55,234 nucleotides of DNA from a virus: IMG/VR virus record IMGVR_UViG_3300019477_000080, positions 1-55,234 of that record, one strand, 5' to 3'. Shown here in pieces: positions 51,529 to 55,234 of this stretch. The notes beneath the pieces are model-generated. The model was given only the letters and a program-made list of their open reading frames with translations. It ran no database searches and was not told the DNA's origin. Both the position numbers and the translations under genes were made by a program. Positions within the stretch are counted from its first letter, which is position 1. Every line of letters begins with the position of its first letter.

Positions 51529-54467
51529 TCTGGTTCTCCTGTGGTTATGGGTACTGCCCACACTTTCTGCGGGTCAGTGGTTACTGCATGGGCGGTGTTC
51601 GCCAACATGCGTTTCTCTTGCTTAGGCTTACCACCGCGCTTAATGAGCTGGTACTCGAAGTCCGCCAACACGACACGTCGCTGGGCGCACCACGACTTGA
51701 TAAGCCACGGGTTGATATAGACCATGCCGTTGGCAGGCTCGGTGCGGATGTACACGCTCTTGCGCGGCATCTCGGCCACGGTCAGTGTGAAGTCGTCCTC
51801 CATCGCCGCGCCTATCACGAGGGTGTGGTCGGCGTTGTCCACGAAGAACTGCGCCAAGTAGTCCTGCTGGTCTAACACACGGTAGCCGACACGGGCGCGT
51901 AGCTGTCCCAGTAGTTCTCCGGCATACGCAACGATGGCCGATGGCTCGAACGGCAACAGGCCAAGCTGGTCGCCGATGACAGCCCCGACACAACCTGATA
52001 CCAAGTGGTTGCACCAGTACCGCTCCTCGTTCGTCACGTTGTGCTGCTTGATGAAATAGGACAACATGCTGTCCCATAGCTGTCGCGCTGTCGCGTCGTT
52101 GTTCACGAGCCACTCGATAAGGCGGTAGCCTGCCACACCCTTGATGGTATGCAGTTGTTGTGCAAGTCGTCTGGCGTGGTCGCTGTCGCGCAGGTAGTCC
52201 AGTTCGGGGATATTGATTTCCGTGACACGGCGGGTTGGGCCGTCGGCTACGTCGCGTCCTTGCGATACCATGTCATACAGGCTGGTGTTGGCGGTGGCGT
52301 AAAAGAACGTGCGCCATGTGTTGCGGTTGCCTCGGATGTCGTTGTCGCTGCCTTGAGCGCGTTCCTTGTCGCCGAGACGGGTACTGTCATAAACCATATT
52401 CACGATTTCTTCAGGTGTCATCTCGGTTACTTCGTCGCGCAGCAGCGGCAGACTGTTGAGGTAGCCCAAGTTAGTCATCAAACCGGCAATGGTCGTACCA
52501 TCCTTACTGCTGAACGTAACAGCCGACGGGTCGCCGAACACACGCAGCGCAGTCTGACAGGTAAACGTCTTACCACGACCCGAACCGGAAGAGCTTAGGC
52601 TGATAATGCCGCCTGCATGGCTCTCCAGCGCGTATTTGGAACTGAACGGCGCACCGAGCGCGGAAGCGATAACGAACTGGTTGGCAACTGCCTGTTTGCT
52701 ACCGTACATCTCTGCAAGGATAGAACGCCACAGGCTTAGTTGTGCGTCGGCGGCACTGCCGGTCATGGACGGCTTGAACGCCTTAGCATGTTTACGCGCC
52801 ACCTCCCTGTCGCCCAACGGCGCGGGTCGTGTGCCGGTGCGTGTGATAACCACATCGCCGAGTACGAAGTCCTTACCGTCTTCCTGCCAACCCATCTGCG
52901 ATACAGCCGTCACCGCCGCGCGAGCGTTAATCATCTTGGTACGGCTACGGTTGAAAAAGCTCATAAGTTGCTTCCATTGCTCTGTACCATCAATCGGCAG
53001 ACCTGCGCCTGTGATGGTATCTTTGAACTCTTTTTGCGAGTTGATGTTGGTGTTGTCCAGTTGGAACTCCACCACGCCGTCGTGTGGCGAGTGGTAACGG
53101 CACAGGTATAGCTGCTTGTTGCTGCCGTCGCGGACGCGCTCGAAGATGTAGGTGTCTTGGCGACAGACCTCGAATGCGACCATCTCGTCCTTAGACTTCT
53201 TGCCATCCGGCCCGATTTTCGGAATGTCGGTGTACACACCGCCGTTCTGCCCGCGATAGAAACCCCACGGTAACTCCGGCACAAGGAACGTATCGGTCTG
53301 CGTGTGGTCTGAACCTACCGGCGTGATGACGATGGTCGGACGGTTCTGCGGCTCGTAGCCCAACACGATAGGGTTGGTAATCTTGCCATAGTGCGGACAG
53401 CCTCTGCACAGGTCGGGGTTGTTGGCCTCGAAGCTGGCGCAACTGCATGGGCCTTTGGCTTGTGCGGCTTTCGCCTCTGTCTCGCCACGCGTGTAGCTTG
53501 GGTGCAGGTGGCTTAACTTGTGTATCCATTCCTCGCGGTCGGTCACACAGAACTGTGCCACGGACAACGCGGCGAACCATGTCGGCTCGTCAGCGTCCTG
53601 CTGGTTCTCATACGCCCATAACAACTGGGCGCAGCCTGTGCGCTCGTACTTCTGCCTGTCGATAATCTTACCGAAGCTGGCAGGCTTGTACTCTGCGAAG
53701 CCGTCCATTGACGACTGCATACCGGCGGGCATAGCCGTAGGCGGAGCACCGAGACCGACAAGCGGGTTGTACGTTTGCTGCATACCACGCAGGGTGTTCG
53801 CAACAGGAAGCGCGGAGAACTGCGACAGCAGTTGCTGTTTGGTAAACAGATTCCCCACGCTGGATATGGCAACAGGATTACCGGACTTGAAATGAACCGT
53901 ACCAACTGGTCTCAATACGCTCGCCGTGTCCGTCGTGCGTGAGCTGTCCACGCGCAGGCCGACCGACTTGCAATACTGTCCCAACTTATCCGCAGCAGGC
54001 AACCACTCGGCAGGGGCGATGTCCTCGGTAGAACACCAATACACATGAAGCCCCTCGCCGCTTGATACCACATAGGTCGGTTTGGGAAGTACGCCTTTGG
54101 CTATCTCGTCGTTCAACGATTCCAGTGCCGCCGCCTGTGTTGGGTACACAGTGTCGCCATGCTTGGCGTACTTGGCTGCGCCAGCGTCGATGTCCAACCA
54201 AAACGAGCGCAACGCCAGCACGTTGGTCTGTGCGCGGAAGCCTTTGCCATCTGCCGGTATTTGCGCATAGCTCGCCAAGCCGAAATAGGTCTCGACGGCG
54301 CGTTGCTGAAGCCCCTGAATGACTGCGTCTGTGGTCTCGGCGTTGCCGAACTGTATCGGGTTATTGCGCGCCCACGTCCGACTGGTGTCGTCCTGACGCG
54401 GGTGTATTTCCGTAATGCAGTTCCAACCATTGGGGCTGACAACCGTTTGTAAAAATTGGTGGTACAT
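51525..54467 (-). CDS. bifunctional primase-polymerase (AEP) / SF3-type helicase
   Basis: WLDIDAG...SSGEGLHVYW (AEP), Zn-ribbon CSCASFEANNPDLCRGCPHYG, Walker A SSGSGRGKT. Confidence 0.8.
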   Translation of the reverse strand: MYHQFLQTVVSPNGWNCITEIHPRQDDTSRTWARNNPIQFGNAETTDAVIQGLQQRAVETYFGLASYAQIPADGKGFRAQTNVLALRSFWLDIDAGAAKYAKHGDTVYPTQAAALESLNDEIAKGVLPKPTYVVSSGEGLHVYWCSTEDIAPAEWLPAADKLGQYCKSVGLRVDSSRTTDTASVLRPVGTVHFKSGNPVAISSVGNLFTKQQLLSQFSALPVANTLRGMQQTYNPLVGLGAPPTAMPAGMQSSMDGFAEYKPASFGKIIDRQKYERTGCAQLLWAYENQQDADEPTWFAALSVAQFCVTDREEWIHKLSHLHPSYTRGETEAKAAQAKGPCSCASFEANNPDLCRGCPHYGKITNPIVLGYEPQNRPTIVITPVGSDHTQTDTFLVPELPWGFYRGQNGGVYTDIPKIGPDGKKSKDEMVAFEVCRQDTYIFERVRDGSNKQLYLCRYHSPHDGVVEFQLDNTNINSQKEFKDTITGAGLPIDGTEQWKQLMSFFNRSRTKMINARAAVTAVSQMGWQEDGKDFVLGDVVITRTGTRPAPLGDREVARKHAKAFKPSMTGSAADAQLSLWRSILAEMYGSKQAVANQFVIASALGAPFSSKYALESHAGGIISLSSSGSGRGKTFTCQTALRVFGDPSAVTFSSKDGTTIAGLMTNLGYLNSLPLLRDEVTEMTPEEIVNMVYDSTRLGDKERAQGSDNDIRGNRNTWRTFFYATANTSLYDMVSQGRDVADGPTRRVTEINIPELDYLRDSDHARRLAQQLHTIKGVAGYRLIEWLVNNDATARQLWDSMLSYFIKQHNVTNEERYWCNHLVSGCVGAVIGDQLGLLPFEPSAIVAYAGELLGQLRARVGYRVLDQQDYLAQFFVDNADHTLVIGAAMEDDFTLTVAEMPRKSVYIRTEPANGMVYINPWLIKSWCAQRRVVLADFEYQLIKRGGKPKQEKRMLANTAHAVTTDPQKVWAVPITTGEPE

Positions 54468-54491
54468 TTTCCGCTCCCGCCGCGAGAGCGG

Positions 54492-54929
54492 TTACGCGCC
54501 CTCTGTGTTCTGCTGTGTTTGTTGCTGTTGCGCTTGAAACCAAGCGTAAAAATTCTGCCAGTCTATCGCATCCATACCGACTTTCAAAATACCGGCAAAT
54601 GCCTTACGGTCGGAACATGGCAAAACGCCATTGTTAAACAAGTGGATAAGCGCGGCAGTAACTTTTTTGACGGCTTCGATGGTTTCATCTTCGAGGCGCA
54701 CCCTACCACCGTGAACGATTTTGGTCGCCACTTGATGGGACACGCCGACGTGTTGATTCCACACGCTCATAGGTGCTTGGGTGTACCAAGTCCATTTCGA
54801 GAACTCGCGTTGCCATTCAGGAAGCGTCTCGTCGGTAATACATTCGTAGGTCTTGGCTTCAACTTGCGTGAAGCGGGCAGGCTCACGGCCATCAGTCAGT
54901 GGGGCGAGCAGATGTTGTTTTTCAGACAT
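54492..54929 (-). CDS. hypothetical protein with a possible HTH, upstream of the primase
   Basis: 145 aa with an AAGGAA SD. VGVSHQVATKIVHGGR. Gln-rich tail. Confidence 0.5.
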   Translation of the reverse strand: MSEKQHLLAPLTDGREPARFTQVEAKTYECITDETLPEWQREFSKWTWYTQAPMSVWNQHVGVSHQVATKIVHGGRVRLEDETIEAVKKVTAALIHLFNNGVLPCSDRKAFAGILKVGMDAIDWQNFYAWFQAQQQQTQQNTEGA

Positions 54930-54973
54930 GGTAGATTCCTTATCTAAGTAGGGGGCTTGCGCCCCCTGTTGGG

Positions 54974-55234
54974 TTATACAGTACCTTGAATAATCGCAGC
55001 GGATTGTTGTATCAGTTGGGCTATGGACTCTGCGGACGGTTGCGCAGGGATAGCGGTGTTACCACTCAAGAAGTTCGCCGCAGCTTCGGCAGGAGCGGCA
55101 GGGGCAGCCGGTGCTTGTACCACTTGTTGCGCAGGGATAACTGGGGCTTGCGGTATGACCGGAGCGGCAGGAGCGGCAGGAGCGGCAGGAGCGGCAGGAG
55201 CGGCAGGAGCGGCAGGAGCGGCAGGAGCGGCAGG
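54974..55234 (-). CDS. C-terminal part of the (PAA)n-repeat protein started at nt 233
   Basis: In repeat phase it reads ...PAAPAAPVIPQAPVIPAQQVVQAPAAPAAPAEAAANFLSGNTAIPAQPSAESIAQLIQQSAAIIQGTV-stop (TAA at 54974..54976). Confidence 0.55.
   Translation of the reverse strand, partial: PAAPAAPAAPAAPAAPAAPAAPAAPVIPQAPVIPAQQVVQAPAAPAAPAEAAANFLSGNTAIPAQPSAESIAQLIQQSAAIIQGTV
55161..55234. repeat. 9-bp tandem repeat GGAGCGGCA x8 plus GG (same array as 1..90)
   Basis: Counted directly. It runs to the last base of the window. Confidence 0.95.

Noticed and set aside
1-55234. A lysogeny module (integrase, CI/Cro switch, attP).
   Set aside because: No recombinase-like ORF was recognised, and the small HTH proteins are not arranged as a divergent switch. 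The phage is probably virulent, though this is a negative result from reading by eye.

Overview
The window reads as one complete tailed dsDNA phage genome of about 55.2 kb. It is opened inside a coding 9-bp tandem repeat: both ends are the same GGAGCGGCA array, and one minus-strand gene runs across the junction. Two divergent arms leave a roughly 2.3-kb ORF-free control region (15183..17454). (1) The minus-strand early/replication arm runs from the promoters at 15656..16080 down to nt 1, then continues from 55234 down to 49947. It carries acidic early proteins including an ArdA-like protein, a VRR-NUC nuclease, a family-A DNA polymerase interrupted by a 140-aa mini-intein, and an HU-like protein. 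It also carries a Cas4-like nuclease, an SNF2 helicase, an HTH regulator, a prim-pol/helicase, an HslV/proteasome-like Ntn hydrolase and an RdgC-like protein. (2) The plus-strand late arm (18135..49900) carries terS/terL, portal, scaffold, capsid, Cys-rich and collagen-like virion proteins, and an ejection module. That module holds an M23 peptidase, a lambda-R-like transglycosylase and a 2437-aa HExxH protein. A lysis cassette and repeat-built fibre/tailspike genes follow. The arms converge on a hairpin terminator at 49917..49948. I recognised no integrase, repressor module, tRNA, CRISPR array or phage RNA polymerase. The most unusual content is non-coding. It comprises four tandem near-consensus sigma70 promoters, a roughly 470-nt hairpin-rich leader, a symmetric AT-rich core with a 16-bp palindrome, and an array of at least 10 ATAA-CCGCCG-NN-TTAT boxes. 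A reverse-oriented two-gene cassette with its own terminator sits next to this region. All functional calls come from motif reading by eye. No database search was run.
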